Of a stretch of 64,000 bases of DNA, positions 31,423 to 41,382 are shown one piece after another. A program made the translations under genes and the position numbers. The stretch covers positions 2,112,001 to 2,176,000 of the forward strand of contig CAWDVE010000010.1 in assembly GCA_963805625.1 (NCBI GenBank), in the 5' to 3' direction. Source of the stretch: an uncultured Candidatus Rokubacteria bacterium. Its GTDB lineage: Bacteria; Methylomirabilota; Methylomirabilia; Rokubacteriales; DASRDR01. The notes beneath the pieces are model-generated. The model did not search any database. It saw only the letters and a program-made list of their open reading frames with translations, and had not been told where the DNA came from. Each line of letters starts with the position of its first letter. The stretch's first letter is position 1.

Positions 31423-31631
31423 GGTGCACAGAAAGCAGGGCAGTGCGGTCCGCGGCAACGACACGCTCCAGCCTAGACCGTCAGAGAGTTCGATGAGTTG
31501 GAGGACGCTGCACTGTAGACTGTGCACCCTGCACTGTAGACTGTGCACCCTGCCGAACCCAGCGATTCTCCGATCGTTCGGGTGCATGGAGGCGCCCGTC
31601 GGGGAGCACCCTGCCCTGTTTTCTGTGCACC
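31423..31631. repeat. 21-bp inverted repeat pair (31423-31443 and 31611-31631), candidate activator binding sites
   Basis: CTGCCCTG(C/T)TTTCTGTGCACC, 20/21 identical in opposite orientation. Confidence 0.8.
31508..31553. repeat. Tandem 21-bp repeat x2, candidate bEBP enhancer
   Basis: CTGCACTGTAGACTGTGCACC twice; each unit contains TGCAC-N8-GTGCA and ends in CTGTGCACC like the flanking inverted repeats. Confidence 0.85.
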
Positions 31632-31700
31632 ATCCCGAGAGTGCGTGGTCCAGCATGATGCGGACACAGCAGGCAGACCGGCGCTCTCCGGGTGGCACAG

Positions 31701-31722
31701 CCTCGTTGGCGCGAATCTCGCT
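31701..31722 (+). promoter_or_regulatory. Sigma54 promoter (right)
   Basis: CCTCGTTGGCGCGAATCTCGCT, exact reverse complement of 31312-31333. Confidence 0.75.
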
Positions 31723-31770
31723 CCCCCACGTGGGTCGTACGACTGGACCACACCTCGAGCGTCTCCCCGG

Positions 31771-31885
31771 GTCGATCAAGGGTCGCCACGCGAAGGGAAC
31801 GGCGACCAGCACGGCCACGGCACTCACTGTGCGGGCAGGATCTTCGGCCGGGACGTCAAGAACACGAGGATCGGCGCCCCGCCGT
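31771..31885 (+). pseudogene. Subtilase (S8) remnant around the catalytic His
   Basis: GNGDQHGHGTHCAGRIFGRDVKNTRIGAP. Confidence 0.7.
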
Positions 31886-32015
31886 CGACGCATTCCCATT
31901 CCGAATGGCACCAACCACGGGGGGCGCGATGATCACCATTCTTCCCACTTCGCAATCCGCAACGGCGGCTCATGTCGTTGGCACGACGCCGGCGCGGACC
32001 CACGACGCGCAGATC

Positions 32016-33023
32016 TCATGGCCGCACGTACCGCACGGCACGGCCCTGGCCCACCCGCTGGAGCTCGCCCCGCGCTACCAGCGCGCCGAGCTCTCGTCGC
32101 GCCAGCGCGAGCCCCACACTCGCCGCCCGGGCAAGCTCTCCGGTCGACACGCCCGACGACGCGCCGGCGAGCTCGAGAGCCAAGTCCCGGCGGGGTACGC
32201 TCCCTGGCTGACGCGTGGAGGCCGGCGGCGAAATTACACCCGACGCCGCCGGCATGGGCTCCGGAAGCGCGAGATCCTCCGGGTGCAGCCAGCCACGCCC
32301 GCGGAGGAGCATCGCCTCCTCCAACACGGCCTCGAGCTCGCGGACGTTCCCCGGCCAGGGGTAGCCCGCGAGGCGGCGGAGGGCGCCGTCCGTCACGCCG
32401 TCGATCCGGATCCCGTGGCGCGCATTGATCTGCCGGCGCATGTGCTCGACCAGCATCGGCAGGTCGTCGAGCCGCGCGCGGAGCGGAGGCACCGTGAGGA
32501 CGACGCGCCGCAGTCGGTAGTAGAGATCCTCGCGGAAGCGCCCCTCGCCCACGACCGCGCGCAGGTCGCGATGCGTGGCCGCGATCAGGCGGACGTCGAC
32601 GTGGCCGGCGCGGCTTGCGCCCACCGCGCGGATCTCCCCGTCTCCCAGGAACCGGAGGAGCATCGCCTGGGCGTCGGGGGCGAGCTCGCCGACCTCGTCC
32701 AGGAACACCGTCCCGCTGTCCGCCTCCCGGAGGAGGCCGGCCCGGCGCTCGGCGGCGCCGGTGAACGCCCCGCGCTCGTGGCCGAAGAGCTCGCTCCGGA
32801 GGAGCTCGCGCGTCAGCGCCCCGCAGTTCACGGCCTCGAACAGGCGGCTGCGACGGCGGCTCAGCCGGTGGAGCGCGGCCGCGACGAGCTCCTTGCCGGT
32901 CCCGGTCTCGCCGAGGATCAGCACGGCCACGTCGTACGGGGCCACGCGCCGGATCCGGTCGAAGAGCGCTTGCATCCCCGCGCTCTGGCCGACCAGCCCC
33001 TCGAACCCCGGCAGTGGCTCCAC
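32016..33023 (-). CDS. Sigma54 enhancer-binding protein without N-terminal sensor, with C-terminal winged HTH
   Basis: GETGTGKE, SELFGHERGAFTGA, FLDEVGE, FREDLYYRL, WPGNVREL; GGAGG RBS then GTG 33023. Confidence 0.88.
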   Translation of the reverse strand: MEPLPGFEGLVGQSAGMQALFDRIRRVAPYDVAVLILGETGTGKELVAAALHRLSRRRSRLFEAVNCGALTRELLRSELFGHERGAFTGAAERRAGLLREADSGTVFLDEVGELAPDAQAMLLRFLGDGEIRAVGASRAGHVDVRLIAATHRDLRAVVGEGRFREDLYYRLRRVVLTVPPLRARLDDLPMLVEHMRRQINARHGIRIDGVTDGALRRLAGYPWPGNVRELEAVLEEAMLLRGRGWLHPEDLALPEPMPAASGVISPPASTRQPGSVPRRDLALELAGASSGVSTGELARAASVGLALARRELGALVARGELQRVGQGRAVRYVRP

Positions 33024-33070
33024 GCTCCGTCCTCCCCGTTGTCGCGATGGCGACGCTGGGGACTGGCAGA

Positions 33071-33085
33071 GCAGCCTGGATGCCA
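33071..33085 (-). promoter_or_regulatory. Candidate sigma54 promoter for the sensorless activator gene
   Basis: TGGCATC-CAGG-CTGC, about 50 nt upstream of the start codon. Confidence 0.55.
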
Positions 33086-33294
33086 GGGACAGACGCGTGG
33101 CGGAAAGGCCCGTCGAATCTAGCGATCTGGCCGGTCGGACGGTGGACCAAGGCTGCAGTTTCGAGGCAGCCAGCCCGCATCCGGTGCGGGTCGACCGACA
33201 CGGCGTGCAGACATTCCTTGGGAAATCGGCGGGCCCGGCGCTACCCTCCTGCCCACTCGGGCGCCCCATCGGCGCCCGAGCCAGGAGGCCAGCG

Positions 33295-34874
33295 ATGCTC
33301 TTCACTGAGGCCGAGTCGACCCTCGCGCGGGCGGTCGGCCAGCTGAGCGCCGGCAACCCCTTCCTCCTGGAGCGCCTCGAGGCCGAGCGCGCAGCCCTCG
33401 GCGACACCTTCGACCCCACCGGCACGCTGTGGCACTCCCCGGCCGAGCCCGAGCCCGCGCCGAACATTCGTCCGGATTGCGGCGCGCGCGACGACCCTCG
33501 CCGACGCGGCCCGCGAGCGCCTCGTCGAAGGCGCCCGGCCACGGGCCGAGGAGGTCGGGCTCTACGAGGACCTCGTCGTCTACACGCTCTACGAGCGCCA
33601 CCAGGGCGCCCTCTTCGCGTGGTTCCGCGCCCAGCCCGTTCCGAGTGGTCGCGTGCCGCTCTTCGACCGGTTCAGACGCGACCTCACCCACTACCTCGCC
33701 GTCCGCGGGTGCGCGAGCCCGCTCCGCGAGCAGGCCGCCCACGTCTTCGCGGGCTACTACCAGGTCCGCCGCGCCTTCCACCACATCCACGCGAACATCC
33801 TCGGCGAGTCGGGGCCGGCGCGGCGCCTCCGCGCGGCGGTCTGGCAGTCGATTTTCACGCGCGACGGGCGCCGCTACCGGCGCGCCCTCTACGCGCGGAT
33901 GGGAGACGTCGCGACGCTGGTCACCGGCCCCTCGGGGACGGGCAAGGAGCTCGTCGCGCGGGCGATCGGGCTCGCGCGCTACATCCCGTTCGACGCGGAG
34001 ACGGGCGCGTTCGCCGAGCCGGTGGCGGGCGCGTTCTTCCCGCTGAATCTCTCGGCGCTCTCCCCGACCCTCATCGAGTCCGAGCTCTTCGGCCACCGGC
34101 GGGGCGCCTTCACGGGAGCCCTCGAGGACCGGAAGGGCTGGTTCGAAGTCTGCCCCGCCCTCGGCACGGTGTTCCTCGACGAGATCGGCGAGGTGGAGAC
34201 GGCGATCCAGGTGAAGCTCCTCCGCGTGCTCCAGACCCGGACATTCCAGCGCCTCGGCGACACGGCGGACCGGGCGTTCTCGGGGAAGCTGATCGCCGCC
34301 ACGAACCGCGATCTCCGCCAGGCGCTCGCCGCCGGCCGCTTCCGGGAGGACTTCTACTACCGCCTGTGCGCCGACCTCCTCGTCACGCCGTCCCTCGCCG
34401 AGCGGCTCCGGGACACGCCGGGGGAGCTCCGGACGCTCCTCCACGCCATCGCCCGTCGCGTCGCGGGCGACGAGGAGGCGGACGAGGTCGCCGCGGAGGC
34501 CGAGAGCCTGGATCGCCCGGCACCTCGGCCCGGACTACGCCTGGCCCGGCAACGTGCGGGAGCTCGAGCAGTGCGTCCGGAACCTCGTGATCCGGGGGAC
34601 GTACGAGCCCCACGGATCCGCGCCGGCGGGCGCGCGGGCGACGTTCCTGGAGGCGATTGAGACGGGGGCGCTCAGCGCCGACGCGCTCCTGCGCCACTAC
34701 TGCACGTGGGTCTACGCGCAGACGGGGAGCTACAGCGAGACCGCCCGGCGGCTCGGCCTGGATCCCCGCACCGCGCGCGACCGGGTCAATACCGCCTGGC
34801 TCGCTGAGCTCCGGGCGGCGGACGCTACATCAACGCCCCGAAACGGGAACCGGGCGCCGCGGCCACCGGCGTGA
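33295..34874 (+). CDS. Sigma54 enhancer-binding protein with uncharacterised N-terminal domain, frameshifts near 33470 and 34505
   Basis: AGGAGG RBS; N-terminal NPFLLERLEAERAALG; GPSGTGKE, SELFGHRRGAFTGA, FREDFYYRL, WPGNVREL, Fis-type HTH YSETARRLGLDPRT. Confidence 0.85.
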
Positions 34875-35027
34875 TTGCGAGCCTCGATGGGGCTGGCTGG
34901 CAATCCTCGTCGAAGCGGTCTCGGACCTGCTCCTTCTCGGATCGATGCACACTCGCTGGGCCCATTGGGTGGTCGGCCTCGCCTGGCTGGGCGTCTTGAC
35001 CCTCATCGGCTGGGGACTCTGGCGCTC

Positions 35028-36578
35028 TTGCGTGGCCGGGTAGGCACGACGCTCCTCTTGGGCCTCGGGCTCGCTGCCTGCGCCGGCGGGCCTACGCTCG
35101 CCCGACTCGACCCGCCCGCCCGCGAAGCCCGCCTCGCCGGCGACGCGGCCGCGGTGGAGGTCTACCGGGCCGGACTCCGCGACGTCGTCGCCTACGTCGA
35201 CACGCGTCCGGACCTGTTCGCCCGGGACCGCTCGCCCGCGCCGGCGCTCCCGTCGCGGGAGGCGCGCGAGGCGGTCTGGGCCGCGTGGCAGCGCTTCCTC
35301 GACTACGTGCTCGCGCTCGACACGATCGGACGCGCGCATCAGCGGTTCGCCGAGCTCGAGCCGCCCGCCCGCGCGCAGTCGTTCGCGATCGCCCACGCGG
35401 CCTTCGTCGCCCAGTACCGCTTCGCCCTCGACCTCCTCGACCGCCTCGATCGGAACCCCGACCTCCAGCCTCAGCTGAACGAGCCGGTGCCCGAGCTCGG
35501 GCTCCCGACGGGCACGTACGCCCGCGTGCGGCTCCGCTTCCTCAACGTGGCCCGGAGCACCGAGTTCACCGCCCTCGGGATGGTGGACGCGGACACCAAG
35601 GGCGCGGCCTCAGCCGGGCTGGCGGCCGGCATCGCGGAGGACCGCGCGGCCATCTGGCGCTATGGCGCCGGGCGGGGCCAGGTCATGACGGCGATGAACG
35701 CCCTCCAGGTCGTCCAGCGCGCCGCCTTCGCGGGATGGTTCCCGGTGCAGCGGGGATCGCCGAATGGATGGGCGATACGCGGCTCGACGCCCCACGGACG
35801 CGCCCTGGTGACGCCGGCCCAGGTGGCCGTGCTCGCGCTGGCACTCGAGCCGGGCGACATCCTGCTCGTCCGGCGCGAGTGGTACCTCTCCAACATCGGG
35901 ATCCCGGGATTCTGGCCCCATGCTGTTCTCTACGTCGGGACCCCGGAGGAGCGCCGCCGAGTCTTTGCCGGTCGCGAGGTCGCCGCCTGGGTCCAGGCCC
36001 GCGGCCAGGTGAACGGCGACTTCGAGGCTCTCCTCGCCCGGACCCATCCGGCCGCCCACGCGCGGGCCCTCGCGGCCGACGGCGCTGCGCCTCGGCGCGC
36101 GCTCGAGGCGCTCAGCGAGGGCGTCGTGTTCACGACGCTCGAGCACGCGGCCGGCGCCGACCACGTCGCGGCCCTGCGCCCGCGGCTGCCGGTCGTGGAG
36201 AAGGCCGCCGCGATCCTCCGGGCCTTCGGCTACGCGGGCCGCCCCTACGACTTCAACTTCGACTTCCGGACGGACGCCGCCCTGGTCTGCTCCGAGCTGA
36301 TCTACAAGGCCTACGAGCCCGGCCCCGGCCGCCAGGGCCTGCGCTTGCCTCTGGTCGACGTCCTTGGCCGCCCGGTCCTTCCGCCGAGCGAAATCGCACG
36401 GCTCTTTGATGCCGAGTTCGGGACGCCGGCGGCGCAGCTTGAGCTCGTGCGGTTCCTCGATGGCCGGGAGGCGACCGGCGTGGCGGTAGACGGCGACGTC
36501 AAGGCATTCCGTCGGAGCTGGCAGCGGCCGAAGTGGCCGACGGTAGCGGCCGAACCGCCGCCTCGAGAGTCGATGTGA
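35028..36578 (+). CDS. Permuted papain-like NlpC/P60 (YiiX/YebB-like) lipoprotein (start uncertain)
   Basis: Lipobox LAAC; PGDILL, GFWPHAVLY (His first), GRPYDFNF..LVCSELI (Cys second). Confidence 0.82.
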   Translation: MRGRVGTTLLLGLGLAACAGGPTLARLDPPAREARLAGDAAAVEVYRAGLRDVVAYVDTRPDLFARDRSPAPALPSREAREAVWAAWQRFLDYVLALDTIGRAHQRFAELEPPARAQSFAIAHAAFVAQYRFALDLLDRLDRNPDLQPQLNEPVPELGLPTGTYARVRLRFLNVARSTEFTALGMVDADTKGAASAGLAAGIAEDRAAIWRYGAGRGQVMTAMNALQVVQRAAFAGWFPVQRGSPNGWAIRGSTPHGRALVTPAQVAVLALALEPGDILLVRREWYLSNIGIPGFWPHAVLYVGTPEERRRVFAGREVAAWVQARGQVNGDFEALLARTHPAAHARALAADGAAPRRALEALSEGVVFTTLEHAAGADHVAALRPRLPVVEKAAAILRAFGYAGRPYDFNFDFRTDAALVCSELIYKAYEPGPGRQGLRLPLVDVLGRPVLPPSEIARLFDAEFGTPAAQLELVRFLDGREATGVAVDGDVKAFRRSWQRPKWPTVAAEPPPRESM

Positions 36579-36686
36579 GGGTCGCACGGATATGAGCCGC
36601 TCCCCGAGTCTGGTCCGGATCCGAGCCTCGGTGTTGGGCCATCGAGCCGCCCCCGAGCGTGCTAGCCTGGGCGGACCGGAGCCGCC

Positions 36687-39600
36687 GTGATGCAGTGTCC
36701 CCGGTGCCGAACCGAGAATCCCGCTGGCATGAAGTTCTGTGGCCAGTGCGCGACACCGCTCGCGTCCGTCTGCCCGTCCTGCGCCGCCACCAATCCTCCT
36801 GGCAACAGGTTTTGCGGACACTGTGCGGCGCCGCTCGCGAAGACGGCCGAGCCCCGGTTCGGGTCGCCCGAATCCTACACACCCAGACACCTCGCCGAGA
36901 AGATCCTCACATCGAAAGGCGCACTCGAAGGTGAGCGCAAGCAGGTGACGGTGCTCTTCGCCGATCTGAAGGGCTCGATGGAGCTCCTCGCGGACCGCGA
37001 CCCGGAAGAGGCGCGAAATCTCCTCGACCCGGTGCTCGAGCGCATGATGGAGTCGGTCCATCACTACGAGGGGACCGTCAACCAGGTCATGGGTGACGGC
37101 ATCATGGCGCTCTTCGGGGCACCGATTGGGCACGAGGATCACGCCGTTCGCGCCTGCCACGCGGCACTCCGGATGCTGCGACGGATCGGCCTCTACGCGG
37201 ACGAGATTCAGCGCGAGGGCGGCACCCCGGTGCAGATCCGTGTGGGGCTCAACTCCGGCGAGGTGGTCGTGCGCGCCATCGGCAGCGACCTCCGCATGGA
37301 CTACAGCGCCGTGGGCCAGACGACCCATCTCGCCGCCCGGATGGAGCAGATGGCGAAGCCCGGTTCCGCGTTGATCACCGGCGACACCCTGAAGCTGGCC
37401 GAGGGCTACATCCAGGTCCGTCCGCTCGGAGCGGTTCCCGTGAAGGGGCTCGAGGCGCCGACGCCGGTCTACGAGCTGACGGCGCTCATCCCAACCCGCT
37501 CCCGGTTCCAGGCGAGCGCCGCCGCGCGCGGCCTGACCCGGTTCGTCGGGCGCGACAGCGAGCTCCAGCAGCTGGGGCAGGCCCTCGAGCGTGCCGCCGC
37601 AGGGCACGGCCAAGCGGTCGCCGTCGTGGGCGAGGCGGGCGTCGGGAAATCGCGGCTCACCTGGGAGCTCACGCGGTCCCACCGCACCCACGGCTGGCTG
37701 GTGCTCGAGAGCGGCTCAGTCTCCTACGGGAAGGCGACGCCGTACCTGCCCGTCATCGACTTGCTGAAGACGTATTTCCGGATCCAGGAGCGGGACGACC
37801 CGCGGGCGATCCGCGAGCGTGTGGCGGGAAAGCTCCTGATGCTGGACCGCGGGCTGGAACCGCTCCTCACACCGCCGCTCCTAGCGTTGCTGGACGTGCC
37901 GGTCGACGAGGCCGCGTGGGACACCCTCGACCGGGCCCAGCGCCGACGGAGGACCCTCGAGGCGGTCAAGCAGCTGCTTCTCCGGGAGAGTCAGGTCCAG
38001 CCGCTGCTCGTGGTCTTCGAGGATCTCCACTGGATCGACTCCGAGACCCAGGCGCTCCTCGACGGCCTTATCGAGAGCCTTCCGACCGCCCGGATGCTGC
38101 TCCTCGTCAACTACCGGCCCGAGTACGAGCACACCTGGGGCCGCAAGACCTACTATCTCCAGCTGCGGATCGATCCCTTGCCGCCCGAGAGCGCCGACGC
38201 GTTGCTTCATGCCCTCCTCGGTGACGATCGGACCCTCGCCCCACTCAGGAAGGTTCTGATCCACCGCACCGAGGGGAATCCCTTCTTCCTCGAGGAGAGC
38301 GTGAGAACGCTCGTGGAGACACAGGTGCTGATCGGCGAGCGCGGGACCTATCGGCTGGCGAAGGCGCCGGACGCGTGGCAGATCCCGGCGACGGCGCAGG
38401 CGATCCTCGTCGCGCGCATCGACCGGCTCTCGCCCGACGACAAGCGCCTCCTCCAGGCCGCCGCCGTCATCGGGAAGGACATGCCGTTCGCGCTCCTCCA
38501 GGCCATCGCGGACGTGCCCGAGGAGGATCTTCGCCGAGGCCTCGCGCACCTCCAGGCAGCCGAGTTCCTGTACGAGACGAGCCTCTTCCCGGATCTCGAG
38601 TACACCTTCAAGCACGCGCTCACCCACGAGGTCGCCTACGGGAGCGTGCTCCAGGACCGGCGCCGTGCGCTCCACGCCCGGATCGTCGACGGCATCGAGG
38701 CGGTCCACGCCGAGCGGCTGGGCGAGCACGTCGAGCGGCTCGCCCATCATGCCGTGCGGGGCGAGATGTGGGACAAGGCTCTCGCCTATCTCCACCAAGC
38801 CGGCGCGAAGGCGATGGCTCGCTCGGTCCACCGACAGGCCGTGGCACACTTTGAGCAGGCGCTCGTGGTCCTGGAACGGCTGCCGGCGACTAGCGACACG
38901 GTAGAGCTGAGCATTGACCTGCGCCTCGATCTCCGCACGGCCCTCCTGCCCAGTGGCGAGTTCGCTCGCATCCGCGTGGTCCTGCGCGAGGCGGAAGCGC
39001 TCGCCGTCCGAGCCGGTGACCGACGTCGCCTCGTGCGGGCCGCACAGTTCCTCTGCGTGTCCGCCTACGTCGCCGGAGAGCACGCTCAGGCGCTGGCCTC
39101 GGGCAATCGTGCCCTCGTAGCGGCGACCGAGCTCGGCGATGTGGGCCTCCAGGCGGTCTCGAACAATTACATCGGCTTCAGCCATCTCGGGCGCACGGAC
39201 TATAGCCAGGCGGAGGCGTGCCTCCGTCGGTCGGCGGGCGCCCTTGTCGGCCCGCTCCTTCGCGAGCGCCTCGGCCAAGTCATGCTCGTCTCCGCGGCGT
39301 CCCGTTCATTTCTCGCGTGGAGCCTGGTCGAACTCGGGAAGTTCACCGAGGCGACCGCTTTCGCGGAAGAAGCCGTCCAGATCGCCGAAGCTGCCACTCA
39401 CCCGGCCAGCGTGCTAGTGGCGCACCTCGGGCTCGGCCTGTCCGCCGTACGGCAGGGGCGGCTCGGTCGAGGGATGTCGAGCCTGGAACGGGCGCTCGCC
39501 ATCTGCCGCGATCTCGACCTGCCGCTCTACGTGCACTACGTGGCGCCGCCTCTGGCGCTCGCCTATGCTCTGTCGGGACGCCCGCGTGAGGCGGTGAACT

Positions 39601-40067
39601 TGCTCGAGCAGGCAGTCCAACAGGACGTCACCATGGGTGTCATGTGCCATCACGCCCTTACCCTGGCGACCCTCGGCGAGGTCTACCTTGAGGCGGGCCG
39701 CCCTCTGGATGCTCGAGCGTCCGCCGATCGAGCCCTCCAGCTCTCCCGGGAACGAGGGGAAGCCGGACACGAAGCCCACGCGCTCCGCGTCCTCGGTGAC
39801 GCGAACGTCGCAGTCGAGCCGCTTGAGGCCGGACATGCCGATGCCGCCTACCGTCAGGCCCTCGCCCTGGCCGAGAAACACGGGATGCGTCCGCTCGTGG
39901 CCCACTGCCACCTCGGCCTCGGCAAGCTCTACCGCCGCATCGACGATCGGGCGAAGGGCGACGAGTCCTTGGCGGCCGCGGCGATGATGTACCGCGAGAT
40001 GCAGATGGGCTTCTGGCTGGAAAAGGCGGAGGCGCACCTGGGCCGTCCCAACAGGAGCTCATCCTGA
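36687..40067 (+). CDS. Double zinc ribbon / class III nucleotide cyclase / AAA ATPase / TPR protein
   Basis: Four CxxC pairs, FADLKGS, GDGIMALF, GEAGVGKS, FEDLHWID, EGNPFF, TPR-like C-terminus. Confidence 0.93.
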   Translation: MMQCPRCRTENPAGMKFCGQCATPLASVCPSCAATNPPGNRFCGHCAAPLAKTAEPRFGSPESYTPRHLAEKILTSKGALEGERKQVTVLFADLKGSMELLADRDPEEARNLLDPVLERMMESVHHYEGTVNQVMGDGIMALFGAPIGHEDHAVRACHAALRMLRRIGLYADEIQREGGTPVQIRVGLNSGEVVVRAIGSDLRMDYSAVGQTTHLAARMEQMAKPGSALITGDTLKLAEGYIQVRPLGAVPVKGLEAPTPVYELTALIPTRSRFQASAAARGLTRFVGRDSELQQLGQALERAAAGHGQAVAVVGEAGVGKSRLTWELTRSHRTHGWLVLESGSVSYGKATPYLPVIDLLKTYFRIQERDDPRAIRERVAGKLLMLDRGLEPLLTPPLLALLDVPVDEAAWDTLDRAQRRRRTLEAVKQLLLRESQVQPLLVVFEDLHWIDSETQALLDGLIESLPTARMLLLVNYRPEYEHTWGRKTYYLQLRIDPLPPESADALLHALLGDDRTLAPLRKVLIHRTEGNPFFLEESVRTLVETQVLIGERGTYRLAKAPDAWQIPATAQAILVARIDRLSPDDKRLLQAAAVIGKDMPFALLQAIADVPEEDLRRGLAHLQAAEFLYETSLFPDLEYTFKHALTHEVAYGSVLQDRRRALHARIVDGIEAVHAERLGEHVERLAHHAVRGEMWDKALAYLHQAGAKAMARSVHRQAVAHFEQALVVLERLPATSDTVELSIDLRLDLRTALLPSGEFARIRVVLREAEALAVRAGDRRRLVRAAQFLCVSAYVAGEHAQALASGNRALVAATELGDVGLQAVSNNYIGFSHLGRTDYSQAEACLRRSAGALVGPLLRERLGQVMLVSAASRSFLAWSLVELGKFTEATAFAEEAVQIAEAATHPASVLVAHLGLGLSAVRQGRLGRGMSSLERALAICRDLDLPLYVHYVAPPLALAYALSGRPREAVNLLEQAVQQDVTMGVMCHHALTLATLGEVYLEAGRPLDARASADRALQLSRERGEAGHEAHALRVLGDANVAVEPLEAGHADAAYRQALALAEKHGMRPLVAHCHLGLGKLYRRIDDRAKGDESLAAAAMMYREMQMGFWLEKAEAHLGRPNRSSS

Positions 40068-40142
40068 ACCAGATCGAAGCAGCCGGGCTCTCAGCGAGGT
40101 TGGCCGAGATCAGAGGGCAGGTCACACTGGACTCGCTCCGGC

Positions 40143-41382
40143 GTGCGACGTGGATGCTGTTTCCGTCAGGCCAGGTTTCAGGCTACGCGTGAAACGAAGA
40201 CGCGAGTCCGATCCCGACCGGTTGCGGGATCGGGCGCCAGGCTCGACCGCATCCTCGTCCTCTCCGCCTCCGCCGGGGCGGGTCACGTCCGCGCGGCCCA
40301 GGCGCTCGAGCACGCCCTGGTCGCCACCGGCCGGGTGCGCGAGGTCCGCCACGTCGACATCCTCCAGTACACGAGCAAGCTCTTCCGCCGGGTCTACACG
40401 GAGGCCTACCTCGACCTCGTCAACCGCGCCCCCGAGGTGCTCGGCTGGCTCTACGACTACTTCGACGTCCCCTGGAAGCACGAGCGCCTGCGCCTGGCGC
40501 TCGACAAGCTGAACACGACGCGGTTCGTCCGCCTCCTCGAGCGCGAGCGGCCGGACTGGGTGGTCTCGACCCACTTCCTGCCCGCCGAGATCATTGGCTG
40601 GCTGCGATCGAAGGGGCGGCTCACCACCCGGCAGGCGATCGTGGTGACCGACTTCGACGTCCAGGGGATGTGGCTCACCCGCCACGTCGACCGCTACTTC
40701 GTCGCCCTCGACGAGACGCGCGCCCACCTGGAGCGCCTCGGCGTCCCAGCGGCCACGATCACGGTGTCGGGGATCCCGATCGATCCCGTGTTCGGGGTCC
40801 CCAAGGACGCTCGCGCCATGCGCGTGAAGCACGGCCTCGCGCCGGACCGGACCACGATCCTGGTGTCGGCCGGCGGCTTCGGGGTCGGCCCTGTCGAAGC
40901 CCTGATCCACATGCTCCTCGAGCTCCAGCATCCGAGCCAGCTCGTGGTGATCTGCGGCCGGAGCGAGGCGCTCAAGCGGCGGCTCGACGAGCTCGCCGGC
41001 GGCCCGGCCGCCGCACGTGAGCCCCGCGTTGCACGTGGTGGGCTATACGACCGAGATGGACGAGTACATGGCCGCGGCGGACCTCCTGGTGGGCAAGCCC
41101 GGGGGGCTCACGAGCTCCGAAGCCCTGGCGCGCGGCCTCGCGCTCGTGATCGTCCATCCCATCCCCGGCCAGGAGGAGCGGAACGCCGACCATCTCCTCG
41201 AGGCCGGCGTGGCAATCCGCTGCAACAATCTGCCCGTGCTCGCCTACAAGATCGATCGGCTGCTCGCGGATCCCGCTCGCCTCGCGGCCATGCGGGCGAA
41301 TGCCCGGCGCCTGGCCCGGCCGCACGCGGCGCGGGAGATCGCGGCGGTGTTGGTCGGCACCCAGGCCGGCGTCAATGGGTAG
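40143..41382 (+). CDS. MGDG synthase/UgtP-like diacylglycerol glycosyltransferase, frameshift near 41015 (true start probably near 40240)
   Basis: SASAGAGHVRAA, VVSTHF, VVTDF, GIPI, KPGGLTSSE, PIPGQEERNA. Confidence 0.87.

Noticed and set aside
31508-31553. Tandem repeat as a CRISPR array
   Set aside because: Only two adjacent units, no spacers, no cas genes.
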